Source: Octopus sinensis (taxonomy: Eukaryota). Taken from it: 64,000 bases of DNA. Location of the stretch: assembly GCF_006345805.1 (NCBI RefSeq), contig NC_043000.1, positions 158,472,001-158,536,000 on the forward strand. Direction: 5' to 3'. The first letter of the stretch is position 1. Each line of letters starts with the position of its first letter. Both the position numbers and the translations under genes were made by a program. The notes under the pieces were generated by a model. It did not search any database. It had not been told where the DNA came from and saw only the letters and a program-made list of their open reading frames with translations. Shown here in pieces: positions 26,670-38,744 of the stretch.

Positions 26670-28440
26670 AAATTTATACTAAAACAAATAACGAAGACAG
26701 GTGTATAAACAACCAGCAAATGTATTAGTTTGACACTCGAGAAAAGTTAAAAAGTCTTGTACGTTTTGAGCCTACGCTCTTTCAACAGAAAGGAATAAGA
26801 GAAATAAACAGAAAAGAGTATGCAAAAACATGTAGAGTTCAGCGGTTCGACATGGCGTGTGATTGGAAAAAAAAAGACCTTCAAAGAAAGGGAGATACAA
26901 AAAAAAGTTGAAAGAAAGGGAGTTAAGTGCTAGTAATCACAAGAGAAAGTCTGCGTGCGTATGTGTATATGTGAGAATGGTGTGTGTGAATGTGTAGTGT
27001 GTATGTGTGAATAGAGGTGATTGACGTGTGTGAGTGTGTGTAGTGTGTATGTGTATGTGTCTGTGACCAAATGTGCGCTTGTGTATAGCGTATACATGTG
27101 GGCGAAAGTTATCTTTGTCTATGTATGTTGCGTGTGTAAGTATATATAGTCTGTGATCAGGTATTATTTGCTTGTTGGAGTATCTATTGTGTATGTTCAG
27201 GTGTGAGAGTGTACACGGTCGTTTGTGGTGTGTTTACTGAGTTAAACAGTGTGTGGCTGCTCCTAGAGTGGTATGAGTGGTGACGCTATTGAAGATTGCG
27301 TGTGGGTGTGTAGATGCTGAGAAATGGTCAGTCCTAGTGCGTGTGTAGCAGGGGTGGAGTTGGTACCGAATGAAGAGAGGCGGCGAGGTTTGTGTCAGAT
27401 GAAGAGCTGAGGTGAGTTGAGCCCATCTTGCTCGAAGGAGCGAAGGGATAGGATTAATTCCAGTTCACAGAGAATAATTAGCAGAGGTAAGCTTATCAGT
27501 TCGTGCCCTGGCAAGGGCAGTGTGGATGGTCCTGAACGGATATCCACGTAGGATAAAGTGGTGAGCCATGAGTTAAGACTGAGTCTCAAAGTCATGATAT
27601 TCACTTCAGAGCCTGCGCACACGAAGGATTTGGGGATAGGGGATGGAGAGCTTGGTGTGGGTAAGATGGGAGGAGGAGAAGTTAAGGTATGAGTGTGAGT
27701 TTGTGAGTTTGCAGTGGATGGAAGTAGTGAGAGCGGAGTGGTGTATGCTGACAGAAGTGTCAAGAAATTCGATGGAGGAGTTAAGGATAGTGTAGGAGAA
27801 TTCGAGGGCAGGATGCATGGATGGGACAAAAAGGGTTTAGATATTCGTGGGAGAGTGCGGTCACACTGCTACAGTCATCGCTATAATGACCATATAGCAC
27901 AAGAGTGGGACCAGTGAACTGCGAGAATATTTGGGCCTCGACGTGGAGGACACAGTCCATGGGTAATTAGGCGTGGTGTTAGAGGGCAGCGAGCAATATG
28001 AGGAGGTGACTTGAATCTAGCGAAGAGCTTCAGCCTTTCAAATGACTGTTCGCCACACAACTGCAGCTCCACTCTCGCTGGCTAGTCTTATGATGATATA
28101 GTTGCGGTGTCAGAGACATCGAATGGCAGAGTTGAACCGGTCCACAACACGTCGGCAGATACTGATAAAATGATCTACTGCTTGAAACTGGCTATGAGCT
28201 GGCGTCCAGTGAGATGGTCGGCGGTCGAGGTCGGTGAAAAGTCTTCTTCATTATATGCAGGTGGAGTGTTGTGGAATAATGCATATAGCCTCTCGCGGGG
28301 CACAAAGCTATGAATATCAGCACGGGCCTGAAACTCGTTACTGGATAGAGTGAGGGGGATGAAAGGAAAACTCTTACTGAGAAGAGTACGCTCCACCTCA
28401 GAGAGGGGAAGTTCAGGAGAAATGGTAAAAACAGACTGAA
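26670..28440 (-). mobile_element. 5'-truncated, internally deleted Penelope-like element with 3' pseudo-LTR
   Basis: ERTLLSK.F.FIP..NEFQ N-terminal region; YGHYSDDC (decayed YIDD, 27874-27885); HPALEFS..SIEFLDTSVSI..TTSIH.K.TNSHSYLNFSSSH..HTKLSIPY (PLE RT); CA-rich 3' region; terminal repeat ending at (TA)n. Confidence 0.88.
26754..26793 (-). ncRNA. Hammerhead-like motif, family 1 (degenerate copy; G12 lost)
   Basis: CCUUU CUGUUGA AA GAGC-GUAG-GCUC AAAA CGUA CAAGAC within the PLE terminal repeat. Confidence 0.5.
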
Positions 28441-28450
28441 TTGGTGTGTG

Positions 28451-28489
<39 letters not shown>

Positions 28490-28532
28490 TATATATATAC
28501 ACCTTTTTATTATTTCAAGCGAGTGAAATATA

Positions 28533-28914
28533 CTTTTCTATTCTAGTCACAAGGCCTGACATTTTTGGGGAACGGGCCAATCGATTCGATCGACCCCAGC
28601 ACGGAGCAACTGGTATTAATTTATCGACCCCGAAAGGATGAAAGGCAAAGTGGACCTTGGCAGAATTTGAACTCAGAACGTAAAGACAGACGAAATACCT
28701 ATTTCTTTGCTACTCACAAGGGGCTAAACACAGAGAGGACAAACAAGGACAAACAGATTAAGTCGATTATATCGACGCCAGTGCGTAACTAGTACTTATT
28801 TAATCGACCCCGAAAGGATGAAGAGCAAAGTCGTCCTCGGCAGAATTTGAACTCAGAACGTAACGGCAGATGAAATACGGCGCGGCGTGCTAACGTTTCT
28901 GCCAGCTCGCCGCC
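28533..28914 (-). mobile_element. SINE family D, dimeric form
   Basis: Two tandem copies of the core gacgaaatac...gtcgacc..ggcagaatttgaactcagaacgtaa separated by the same linker as 20668-21032. Confidence 0.88.
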
Positions 28915-29849
28915 ATGAAGTCAGTGAAATATAGAAGACCTAAAGTTGAAAATGCACATAAAATATTTGGAATTAATTATGATTAATTTCATTTTAAAAT
29001 ATACACATAAGCGGTTCCACATTAGATTTACAAATGTGTACAAAATATGGGGCAGTGTCGCAATTTATGTCTTAATTGGCCGTTACTGTAAAAATCTGGT
29101 TGCTTTTAAAGAAAGAGTGTCTCACAAACATCATCCGATAACGTACAATTGATTAGTAAACGTTCTTGTGTTAAGCTCGTGTGACAGTCACATACATACA
29201 TATATACATATATATGCATACGTAGATGCATACATGTATGCATGCATGTGTGTATGTGCGCGTGCGTGTGTTTGTATGTTTGAGGAAGGTCAGCATAGAA
29301 ACCGAAGGTGTACGATTGGCAATTTGCTGTGGCAGCATACTGTGCCCTTCCTATATATAGGTATGTTCTTTTACATTTTGCATATTGCTTGTTGGTATGT
29401 TCACTTGTTCCCTGTACCACCTACTATAATGACTAGTGCGGTGCTTATTTTCTATTATTTTGGTGAGTTTAGGGAAGATATAATTTATGATATACTTTAT
29501 TGTGAACACCGATTTGTTTATGTCTGCTCTCAAAGTGGGTTACCTGTTACTACTACAAATCTATCTTACGTGAGATGAATATTGTTGAGGGGCTGCATCT
29601 AACCACTGGCATTTTTCCATTTCACTTCATCAGCTATGTTTATATTGTTGCGTATAATGAATGATTTTATTTGGTGTCCTCCGGTGTTGCTGGTAATTAG
29701 GGATATATTGCATGCAGAGGGTGATACTTATGTTTGTTTTTTTATGAGACAAATTTATGTGTGATTTATGTAGGTTCGGTATAGATATGAAGCAGTATCT
29801 AGATAATGATGTGATTATGAGAGTATGATGTTATCTACTGATGAGGTGG

Positions 29850-30700
29850 ATTTTATATGTTGTGGCATTGTAGAAGCTCTTGTAGTAAATAAGTTGAAAA
29901 GACGGAATTTAAAGCTAGTTACATGCGGTTATCTATGACGCAAACAGTAAGTTCTTAAAATATTGGTTTTGGACAGCTACGTAATATGCATATTGAGCCG
30001 AGAAGTACTGAGCTAGCCAACATTTTATATCGATTCATAATTTCATAATGGCTATCTTCCTATTAATGAATTAAGTGCTATAAGTGTCAAAGATTTGCTT
30101 TGTAGATATTAAAAACTTTTACTTGTTAAACCCGTTACAGTATTTTTTGTTACATAAGTGTACAGTGTCTTAGTCTGGGGCTGTGTTGTAATTTCGAATG
30201 ATTACCTGAATCTAAATATTAAAATGTCTGCTTCAGATTATGCAGAGTTGCCAAATCGGAGTGTTTGATGGAGCTTTGCCGTAGTAACTGAGGATTTGAC
30301 AAAATTATCTGTCGTTAATTAATACAGTGATTTCTCCACATCTTGTGAGTTTTAATTGCTTATTTGTGGTTTTGTGTGATTGGGTCGTTCGCATTTTTAA
30401 AGATTCATTTCTTCAAATGGCTAATGGAAAGTTTGAAAATCATGATCTACGGATAGGCTTTTGTATGTTTGTGGAGTTTAGGAACTGATTTTTAGAAATA
30501 TATTTGGATGCCGTGTGATCGATGTCGCTGCATGCGTAGATTAGTTAAAGTCTTTGTTATGAAGTGGGTGTAAAAGCGTTGTTTATGCAAACATTTGCCA
30601 AAATATTTCTAGCTTTTGTTTATATCCATCTGTATTTGTTTAGGAATGAGCGTAATTTTGTCGTGTGGATTTGAATTATCATGCTTCAGATTAACTCTGG
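29850..30700 (-). mobile_element. Highly decayed Penelope-like remnant (RT C-terminus to GIY-YIG end)
   Basis: Fragmentary resemblance, with many stops, to the PLE TNIA.KF...HP L..IFN..T and WxIL..A..Y..S..C.LC regions. Pattern-level only. Confidence 0.4.
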
Positions 30701-30840
30701 TAGCTATGGCATTGATGATATTTTTGTAGTGTTTACAGAGTTTTATTTCATGAGTCTATATGTGATATATTATTAGCTACAGATATATTGATTTTTAGTT
30801 ATGTATAGTTATTTAGATTATAAATACTGCACTACACTAT

Positions 30841-30958
30841 TTATGCTGAAGGAACTGGATTGTTTAATTCTGCAAAAATTGAATCACTTTCTTCAGAAAG
30901 TTGTTTAACTGTATTTTTCAGAATTTCCCAAAATGGTTTTACATTTGTCTTTAATGCG
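30841..30958 (-). CDS. Candidate terminal coding exon, product unknown
   Basis: Acceptor ataattccctattttttccag|c; frame (C)ALKTNVKPFWEILKNTVKQLSEESDSIFAELNNPVPSA*; AATAAA at ~30742-30747. Confidence 0.5.
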
Positions 30959-31041
30959 CTGGAAAAAATAGGGAATTATAATTTTTAATTAAGTTGTGAG
31001 AAGACATAGAAACATAAATTTCATAAGATTGCAACTGATAC

Positions 31042-31116
31042 CATATTTGGGCTGAAATACGAATGTAGCCATATCGGATAATTAGAAAAGAAGAGAGATT
31101 GTCTTTAAATAACATC
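31042..31116 (-). CDS. Candidate penultimate exon (75 nt, phase 2-2)
   Basis: Acceptor tttttttttctag|g, donor ATG|GTATCA; MLFKDNLSSFLIIRYGYIRISAQI. The 83-nt intron 31041-30959 joins it in frame to 30958-30841. Confidence 0.5.
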
Positions 31117-31475
31117 CTAGAAAAAAAAATTATAGATTTCTCAGAATGACGTATTTTCTTGTGAGAAACAGGTGAATATATATATATATATATAAACAGG
31201 TGAATATATATATATATACATACATACATACATGCATACATACATACATACATATATGCATACATACATGCATACATACATATAAATCTACCTTTCTTTC
31301 CTTCCCTGAACGTATGGTAATACTTTGCATGTACCATGTCCTCGCGATGAGGTTATTTCTTATAATTTTTCGTCGTATTCATTTTTTTTTGGCGGGGGGG
31401 TTAAGTATACACACACACACACTCACACACACAAACACACATATATATCTATATATATCTATATATATATATTAC

Positions 31476-31698
31476 GGAGATGTACTTGCATAGCAAGTGA
31501 TTTGATCTGAGATCGTGTGCTGGAACGAAAACAATTGCAGCGTGGAAGGTGTTTGTAAGTCATTTAAGAAATACACAAAAGCCGTTCGATTCACTTCAAC
31601 ATTTAAGTTTAATTTGTCAAAATATTTTCGTCGCTAAAATACGCGACCTGTTCACTGACAAAAATGCAGCACGGATTTTTGTCAGTGGACAGGTCGCG
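31476..31698 (-). mobile_element. PLE-type terminal repeat, family 2, with short inverted extension
   Basis: Shares ~200 bp with 40997-41192; 24-bp inverted arms at 31642-31665 and 31675-31698. Confidence 0.7.
31613..31662 (-). ncRNA. Minimal type-I hammerhead-like ribozyme, G3:C8 core variant
   Basis: UUUGUCA GUGAACA G GUCGC-GUAUUUUA-GCGAC GAA AAUAUU U UGACAAA: 7-bp stem I, 5-bp stem II, palindromic stem III. Confidence 0.65.
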
Positions 31699-32045
31699 TG
31701 GCATCTTGGGCAAGTGGCTTCTGCTATAGCCTCGGGCCGACCAATGCCTTGTGAGTGGATTTGGTAGACGCAAACTGAAAGAAGCCTGTCGTATATATGT
31801 GTATATATGTATATGTGTATATATATGTATGTGTATGTATGTGTTTGTGTGTCTGTGTTTGTCCCCCTTGAATTGCTTGACAACCGATGCTGGTGTGTTT
31901 ACGTCCCTGTCACTTAGCGGTTCGGCGAAAGAGACCGATAGAATAAGTACTGGGCTTACAAAGAATAAGCCCCAGAGTCGATTTGCTCGACTAAAGGCGG
32001 TGCTCCAGCATGGCCGCAGTCAAATGACTGAAGTAAGTAAAGAGT
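31699..32045 (+). mobile_element. SINE family C, 5'-truncated
   Basis: Body, internal TA/TG tract and tail match 19217-19626. Confidence 0.9.
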
Positions 32046-32053
32046 ATACATAT

Positions 32054-32428
32054 ATTTATATTCACCTGTTTCTCACAAGAAAATACGTCATTCTGAGAAA
32101 TCTATAATTTTTTTTTCTAGGATGTTATTTAAAGACAATCTCTCTTCTTTTCTAATTATCCGATATGGCTACATTCGTATTTCAGCCCAAATATGGTATC
32201 AGTTGCAATCTTATGAAATTTATGTTTCTATGTCTTCTCACAATTTAATTAAAAATTATAATTCCCTATTTTTCCAGCGCATTAAAGACAAATGTAAAAC
32301 CATTTGGGGAAATTCTGAAGAAAGTGATTCAATTTTTGCAGAATTAAACAATCCAGTACCTACAGCATAGATAGTGTAGTGCAGTATTTATAATCTAAAT
32401 AACTATACATAACTAAAAATCAATATAT
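32054..32428 (+). pseudogene. Right arm of inverted duplication: copy of the two candidate exons with a 22-bp deletion and W>G change
   Basis: Exon copy 32121-32195, intron 32196-32277, second exon from 32278. The deletion between ttctgaa direct repeats shifts the frame to ...KPFGEILKKVIQFLQN*. Confidence 0.55.
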
Positions 32429-33234
32429 ATATAGCAAAAGTGGCTTATTCGCAATTTAGACCCGAAACGCAGAAACATAAATGTCAATAAAGTCACTAAG
32501 GGCACTAGTCAGCACCAGTATTGCTAGAAATGAGAGTCAAAACAAGTCATAGCCACGAGAAACCTCTTATCATATATATGTGTATATATATATATGTGTG
32601 TGTGTGTGTGTATGTGTGTGTGTGTGTGTGTTGTGTGTGTGTTGTATATACCGTTATTAATAAGGGATTATCGAACCGGGGAAAAATAATTTTAAAGCAC
32701 CCTGCCAATGCAAATACACGCGGCTAACAGAAATTATCTAATCAGTGAAGAATTCCAGGTAATCCTGAGTCGAGATCCACAGCCAAACTCCGTCTCCAGT
32801 CGACTTTGTAAATTCTTGGTTTCATTAGTAAGTCAATGTAACATGATTCACGGAGTGATATACGCGAAAAGGTATCAATATTGGGTTTAGCACATTTATT
32901 TATTTGTCCATCGTAGACTTACATATGTTTCTCATATGTATGTTGGTGCATTTATAGTCCTATTTACGACCTTTACAAATACCATTGTGAACGACCTTTA
33001 CAAATATTATTGTGTGCAGAGACCTCGCAGCAAATGAAGAAGTAAACATAAAGAAAAACAAAAGCAAATGTTATTTTTCCCTTCGCTCCTCTTTGCATAC
33101 CCATATTACTGGCGTTCTCATTTACTTTTACACCAGTTGTGTGGACTCTGAAGATGAGAGTATTCGATCACCCGAACAATTGGGTAAACAGAACTATGAA
33201 CTCTCCTTAAATGTATATCAGAAACAGTTGTAAG

Positions 33235-33282
<48 letters not shown>

Positions 33283-33283
<1 letters not shown>

Positions 33284-33420
33284 CAAGAATTCACGAAAAC
33301 AACGAAAGACCGAGACAGGTGGTGTAGAAAACAAACAGATATATTAGTATAACGCTCGGAAATTGAAAACGATTTTAACTCTTCGAGCCTACGCTCTTCC
33401 ACACAAAGAAACAAGGAGAT
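33283..33420 (-). mobile_element. Solo PLE terminal repeat, family 1, with degenerate hammerhead-like motif (33371-33410)
   Basis: Aligns with 26670-26830 and 37871-38078; retains the GAGC-GUAG-GCUC stem; follows (TA)n at 33237-33282. Confidence 0.7.
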
Positions 33421-33464
33421 AATATATATATATATAAGTATGTATATGTGTGTATGCATTGTTA

Positions 33465-33710
33465 GATTACGTATGAGGGTTCGGCAAGTGATCAAATGTT
33501 TGTGTTCACATAGGCTCTCTCCATCCATCAAATTGACATTACTTCTACAAGAGCACCATGTTGCACTTGCCAGATGACAAAATGATCGCAGAGCAACGTG
33601 AAAATAAGTATTTCGCCTAAGAACACAACGCAACGCTTGGTTTGAGAATTGAACCCACGATCGCGCAATCGCGAGTACAACACCCTAGCCACTAAGCCAT
33701 GCATCTTCAC
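33465..33710 (-). mobile_element. SINE with B-type head/body and a third tail type
   Basis: Minus strand reads gcatggcttagtggctagggtgttgtactcgcgatt...gggttcaattc...gcgttgtgttcttaggcgaaatactt; the tail differs from T1 and T2. Confidence 0.65.
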
Positions 33711-34111
33711 CCACACACCCACACGTGTGTGTGTGAGTGTGAGAAAGAGAGAGAGTAAGTGTGTGTGTGTGTGTAAACTGTCAATGATTTTTTTTCATCC
33801 TTTTAAGAGTTGCTTCGAATATTCTACTATTCCAAAATCTTTTGTACTTTCTATTAAAACACCTATTTCATTTTATATTATTTTACTTGTTTCAGCCATT
33901 TGACTGAGGCTATGATGGAGCACCACCTTTAAAAATATACTAAATGAATTTATATTTATACTAAATAAATTCATACATATATAAATTTATATTTGCGATG
34001 ACCTTGACTTTGTTCACGTTTGAAACCGCATTATTCAAATTTCAAATTCTTTTACACATTAGAAGAAAACTGTTTTGCAATCATTTGATTCAAGTGCAAC
34101 CTACCTGACTG

Positions 34112-34257
34112 AGCAGGTATGGCTCCGTGGTAAGAAGCTTGCGTATCATCCATATGCTTTGGGTTCAGTCCCACTGTGTGGAGCCTTAGGGAATTTTCTT
34201 TTACTATAGCCTCGGGCCGTAGAGGAAAACTGAATGTAGCCCGTCCTGTGTATATAC

Positions 34258-34295
<38 letters not shown>

Positions 34296-34520
34296 ATCTT
34301 GGTGTATCCGTTTGTCCTTCACGATCAGTTGACAGCTGGTGTTGGTTTGTTTACGTCATCATCAGTTAGTGGCTAGGTAAAAGCGATCAACTGAATAAGT
34401 ACCAAGTTTTAAAGAATTAAGTACTGGCTTCGATTCATTCGACTAAAAATTCTTCAAGTCGGTGCTCCAGCATAGCCGCAGTCTAATCACTGAAATAAGT
34501 AAAAGACAAAAGATAAAGAT
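34112..34520 (+). mobile_element. SINE family C, older diverged copy
   Basis: Head, internal TA/TG tract and tail are recognisable. A separate minus-strand tail fragment lies at ~33865-33930. Confidence 0.82.
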
Positions 34521-35768
34521 ATACATAAATGCTACTTATTTATTTAGAGAAACCTATTTTGCTAACTCTAAACATGCACATGATTGATGCTTGCATATTT
34601 GTATACTTGGCATATCATTACAATTCCATTTAAAAATATTAGAAATCAAACATTCCACGTATTGATGCTTATATAAATGAAAATAATGCGAATGTAATGT
34701 ATATTCGATGAATACCAAATGGTTGCAAAAAAAGACAAAAAGAAAGAATATTCTAATGGATTATGATAGAAAAGTATTTGCTTGCTTCCTAAAATATTTA
34801 AAAGTCAAGCTTCTTTAAGATTGCAGTAAATATATATAATTTTCTCAAGAAATTCAAGTAGATCTCCAATTAAATATAATTATACTCTGCGTTTGGCATG
34901 TTGGATTATAGACATGATAGTTAATTCAAATTTTCCAAAATTCCTTTAGGAAATTCTCTTTCTTAAATTTTGTTTTTTCTTAAGCGTAGAAATCACTTTC
35001 CAACGAAGAAAAACTATTCTGAAGTTTTTGCATTATAACTTACTATATTACTTTTAAAATTATTCGAAACTTTTATAACTTCGTTTTACTTCTTATTCAT
35101 TTTTTATTTCACATGTTTAATGTAAAGGATGTGAAAAGAATACAAACATATACTGATAACTTTCCGAAATGTTTGTTTATTTTTATTTGCTGCATTAATT
35201 AAGATTCAAATATTTGCCATCGAAGAAGTGCCGATTAATTTTTTTTGCTTTTTAAATATTTATATAACTCTTCCTTACTTTATGTAGAACTAGTTAAACA
35301 TAATCGTAACGAGTAGGGTAACTTTTCCGATGTTTGGCCATTCCTGTTAACTGTTAATAATAATTACGCTTTCGGAAGTGTATAATATTAATTAGTTTGA
35401 TAAATGCAAGGTCGTTTGAAATAGAGTGAACACTTAGTAAGCCTAGAATCTCTCATTAGTACCTCAGAAATGTCTGCAGTTCCTCGCTTTATATTCAAAT
35501 GGAGAAGGTATTTGTTTTATGGGAATTGTTTTTACCTTCAAATAATGTCTGATTCCTCTAATATATTCTTTAGTGTAATTTAAACAGATATTCAGTGATG
35601 AAAAAATGGAATATTTCCGTTACTTATTCATAGATGTATTGATTTCATACACATTTCCATGTTTAATGTATCAATGCACATTCTGCATATTTACGTTCAA
35701 ATCAATTTTTACATATATATATATGGATACATTGACTTGTATTTTACTTATTGGTACTGGAGGAAGAG

Positions 35769-36025
35769 TGGAGGCGCGTGGATTAGTGGTTAGGGTGTCA
35801 GCACCATGATCGATTCCTGGACCGGGCGATGCGTTGTGTTCTTGAGCAAAACGCTTCATTTTACGTTGCTCCAGTCCAGTCCACTCAGGTGGCAAAAATG
35901 ATTAGCGCTGCCATGTACTGGCGTCCCGTCTAGCTGGGGTACACATACTCCACAGAAACCGGGAAACCGGGCCCATGAGCCTGGCTAGGCTTTTAAAGGG
36001 CGCATTTATTATTTTTTTAATTTTA
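35769..36025 (+). mobile_element. SINE, body B + tail T2
   Basis: B body as in 22420-22757 joined to the T2 tail as in 11786-12076; 14-bp TSD tactggaggaagag at 35755-35768 and 36026-36039. Confidence 0.9.
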
Positions 36026-36039
36026 TACTGGAGGAAGAG

Positions 36040-36345
36040 ACAGTGCTATTAGTCCTCGCAGGACCTACTACACGAGCAGGACTGATGTTATTAATATTTT
36101 TTTCGAATCTTTGTATATCGATACCTTCAGGGTGCGGATTCCAGAGGGCTGACGTTCTAAGAAGAAAATACTGCGCAAAGTAGCAGATTTGTTGGGGTGG
36201 AGAAAGTGAAAGAGAATCGAGTAGCATGATAATGTCCTGTTGGGTGTGGTATGATATCAGTTTCGTCCCAGGAGCGAAACAAATATTGTAGCAGAAGAAG
36301 CCTTATAGTGAGTTGACGACTGCGCCTCTTAGCGATCGCCTGAGG
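36040..36345 (-). mobile_element. CR1/L2-like LINE 3' end remnant
   Basis: Minus ORF YFLLRTSALWNPHPEGIDIQRFEKNINNI resembles the F..RT..LWNSLP....LQ.FK..+N LINE tail. Confidence 0.55.
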
Positions 36346-37074
36346 TGTGACAATTAGTGACTTTATAAATTAAATAATTTAATAAACTTTTTTTTTGCTT
36401 GAGGTGCCTATAAAATCAAATCAGAACAGTGACGCTTGTGGGTCATTGTGAAAAATACTGATTTCCTTATTTAGCTAATTAACGAATATAGAACCGAACA
36501 CCGCGCGACATATCTAGGATACTTAAAAACATTTTTTGCTCATCAATATAAATAGACAATATAACAAGAGGCGCATTAGATTTCTTATCAGAGTAATCTT
36601 GATAACTTGCCACATTCATCCGGCACAGAAGAGGAACTTATGAAACCCAGTCCTGATTAATTTACAATGGAATAGTTACAAGAGACAAAGGCTTATTGGA
36701 GTAATGACTAGGTGGATAATTAAAAGCAATTTAGATGAGGGCATAAAGATTATATTTTTATATGAATGTATGTATGTATTTAAGTATGTGTGTTCGTACA
36801 TGCACATGTTTGTGAGCACTCATGTATGTTTGCGTGTACGTATATATATGTATAGGTGTGTGTGTGTGCATGTGTCTATGCAGTGTCTGTTCGAAGAGGA
36901 CATCTATTATTTAAAGAAAAGCTTTATACTTTAGATCGGACCACTAGGTTATTTATATAAACAACTTAGATGTCACATAAATGGTTAGTTAAAAATGTAG
37001 ATATTGTTTTTCTATCCCCACGATCAAGTTATATAAGCATTTTCTTCTTGTTCCTTTTTTCAATGTCTTTACGA

Positions 37075-37110
37075 ACGCATACACACACACATACACACAG
37101 ACATACAAAC

Positions 37111-37208
<98 letters not shown>

Positions 37209-37544
37209 ATAATAATAGTTATTATAGAGTGGAGGAATGAAAACAACGTGAGATAAGTAAGGATATATATAAGTAAGGGCACTAGCATGTTGGATGTTTG
37301 AGCCCCAACAAAAGTAGGGGAGATATAAATATATATGGATATATAAAAATATTCATATATGTATACGTGTGTGTGTGAGTGCATGTGTGTGCATGTACAT
37401 ATACATACACATTCAATCTCAAATGTATATATATATACACACATATGCATGTTTGTTCTCTACACCACCTAACTTCGTCTCTTTTTTAAATTATCGGTGT
37501 ATATATATATATATATATATACATATATACACATATATATATAT

Positions 37545-37590
<46 letters not shown>

Positions 37591-37662
37591 ATATTATATA
37601 CATATATATATACATATATATTATATATATAATATTATATATATACATATATATATATACAT

Positions 37663-37744
<82 letters not shown>

Positions 37745-37827
37745 CATATATATATATATTATATATACATATATATTATATACATATATATATATATATA
37801 TAATACATATATATATATATATATAAT

Positions 37828-37872
<45 letters not shown>
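37075..37872. repeat. Extended (CA)/(TA)n-derived low-complexity region
   Basis: Pure (TA)n at ~37127-37205 and a degenerate TA/TACA/TAA array at ~37498-37872. Confidence 0.95.
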
Positions 37873-37873
<1 letters not shown>

Positions 37874-38078
37874 AGGGAGAGTTTACGAAAAAAAACAAAA
37901 GACGAAGAAAGGTGGTGTACAAAACAAACAGATTTTTTAGTATAACGCCCAGGAATAGAAAAAGTATTTTACGTTTCGAGCCTACGCTCTTCTACAGAAA
38001 GAGACACAGAAAACAAGTAGAGAGAAAAGGATGTGTGTAGTGGCTAACGATCTATCATGGCGACTTTATCTCCCTATA
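37871..38078 (-). mobile_element. Solo PLE terminal repeat, family 1, embedded in (TA)n
   Basis: Aligns with 26670-26830; ends form a 10-bp inverted pair, tatagggaga (37871-37880) and tctccctata (38069-38078). Confidence 0.78.
37965..38002 (-). ncRNA. Minimal type-I hammerhead-like motif, family 1 (A6>U core)
   Basis: UCUUU CUGUAGA A GAGC-GUAG-GCUC GAA ACGU A AAAUA: palindromic 4-nt stem III and a GUA site. Confidence 0.6.
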
Positions 38079-38088
38079 TATGTGTATA

Positions 38089-38128
<40 letters not shown>

Positions 38129-38744
38129 ATATATATATATATAGGGATAATTCACCCTTACATACACAGACACACATATATATATATATATATATAATAT
38201 ATATATATATACACGCTTACATACACACGCGCACGCACACACCTAAACACACATTCACATTTACTCAATTTTCATCTGAAAATTTTGGTCGCTGAAAATT
38301 CGAGTTGCGATACAAAAGTAAATAAGTGCGCATGCGCAAGCGTGGGCGTATATGTGTGAAGACATTTTTCATTTTTCTAATTTCATCTCTTGCAAAAGAC
38401 AAATAAAAAACGTCACAAACCATCATTTAAAGAATTTGTCATAGCAATGCAATCAGCCTGCTTCTTTAGTTAGTCTCTCTTACCTAATCAATGTTGTGGT
38501 TAAGAAGATATTATTAGCATCGCCTAGTTAGACTGAATGATTTTATGCTTTCACTTTCTGTTGCATTCGAAACTTTTCTTTGTTTTATGCATTTCAATAA
38601 TCTCAAAATGGCTGACGTTGTAATATTTTCATTATCTTCTTATCACTTTGATCATTTACGGTTTTTGCTCTTCTTTTCATGTGCATATTTTCCTTATCTT
38701 TGTCTTCTTTTTACTTCTTGTATATTTCATTGTCCCTTCTTCAT

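Larger units (their letters stand above)
30783..31183 (-). repeat. Left arm of ~400-bp inverted duplication
   Basis: Near-identical reverse complement of 32054-32428; carries 22 bp that are absent from the right arm. Confidence 0.95.

Noticed and set aside
31042-31116. Resemblance of YIRISAQI(W/C) to PLP-dependent lyase or decarboxylase C-termini
   Set aside because: Motif spacing does not fit well by eye and no upstream domain is visible, so no gene name is assigned.
33145-33190. ctgaaga...cccgaac as a canonical hammerhead
   Set aside because: Stem II is mismatched (GAGAG/CACCC), GAAA is incomplete, and there is a single copy.
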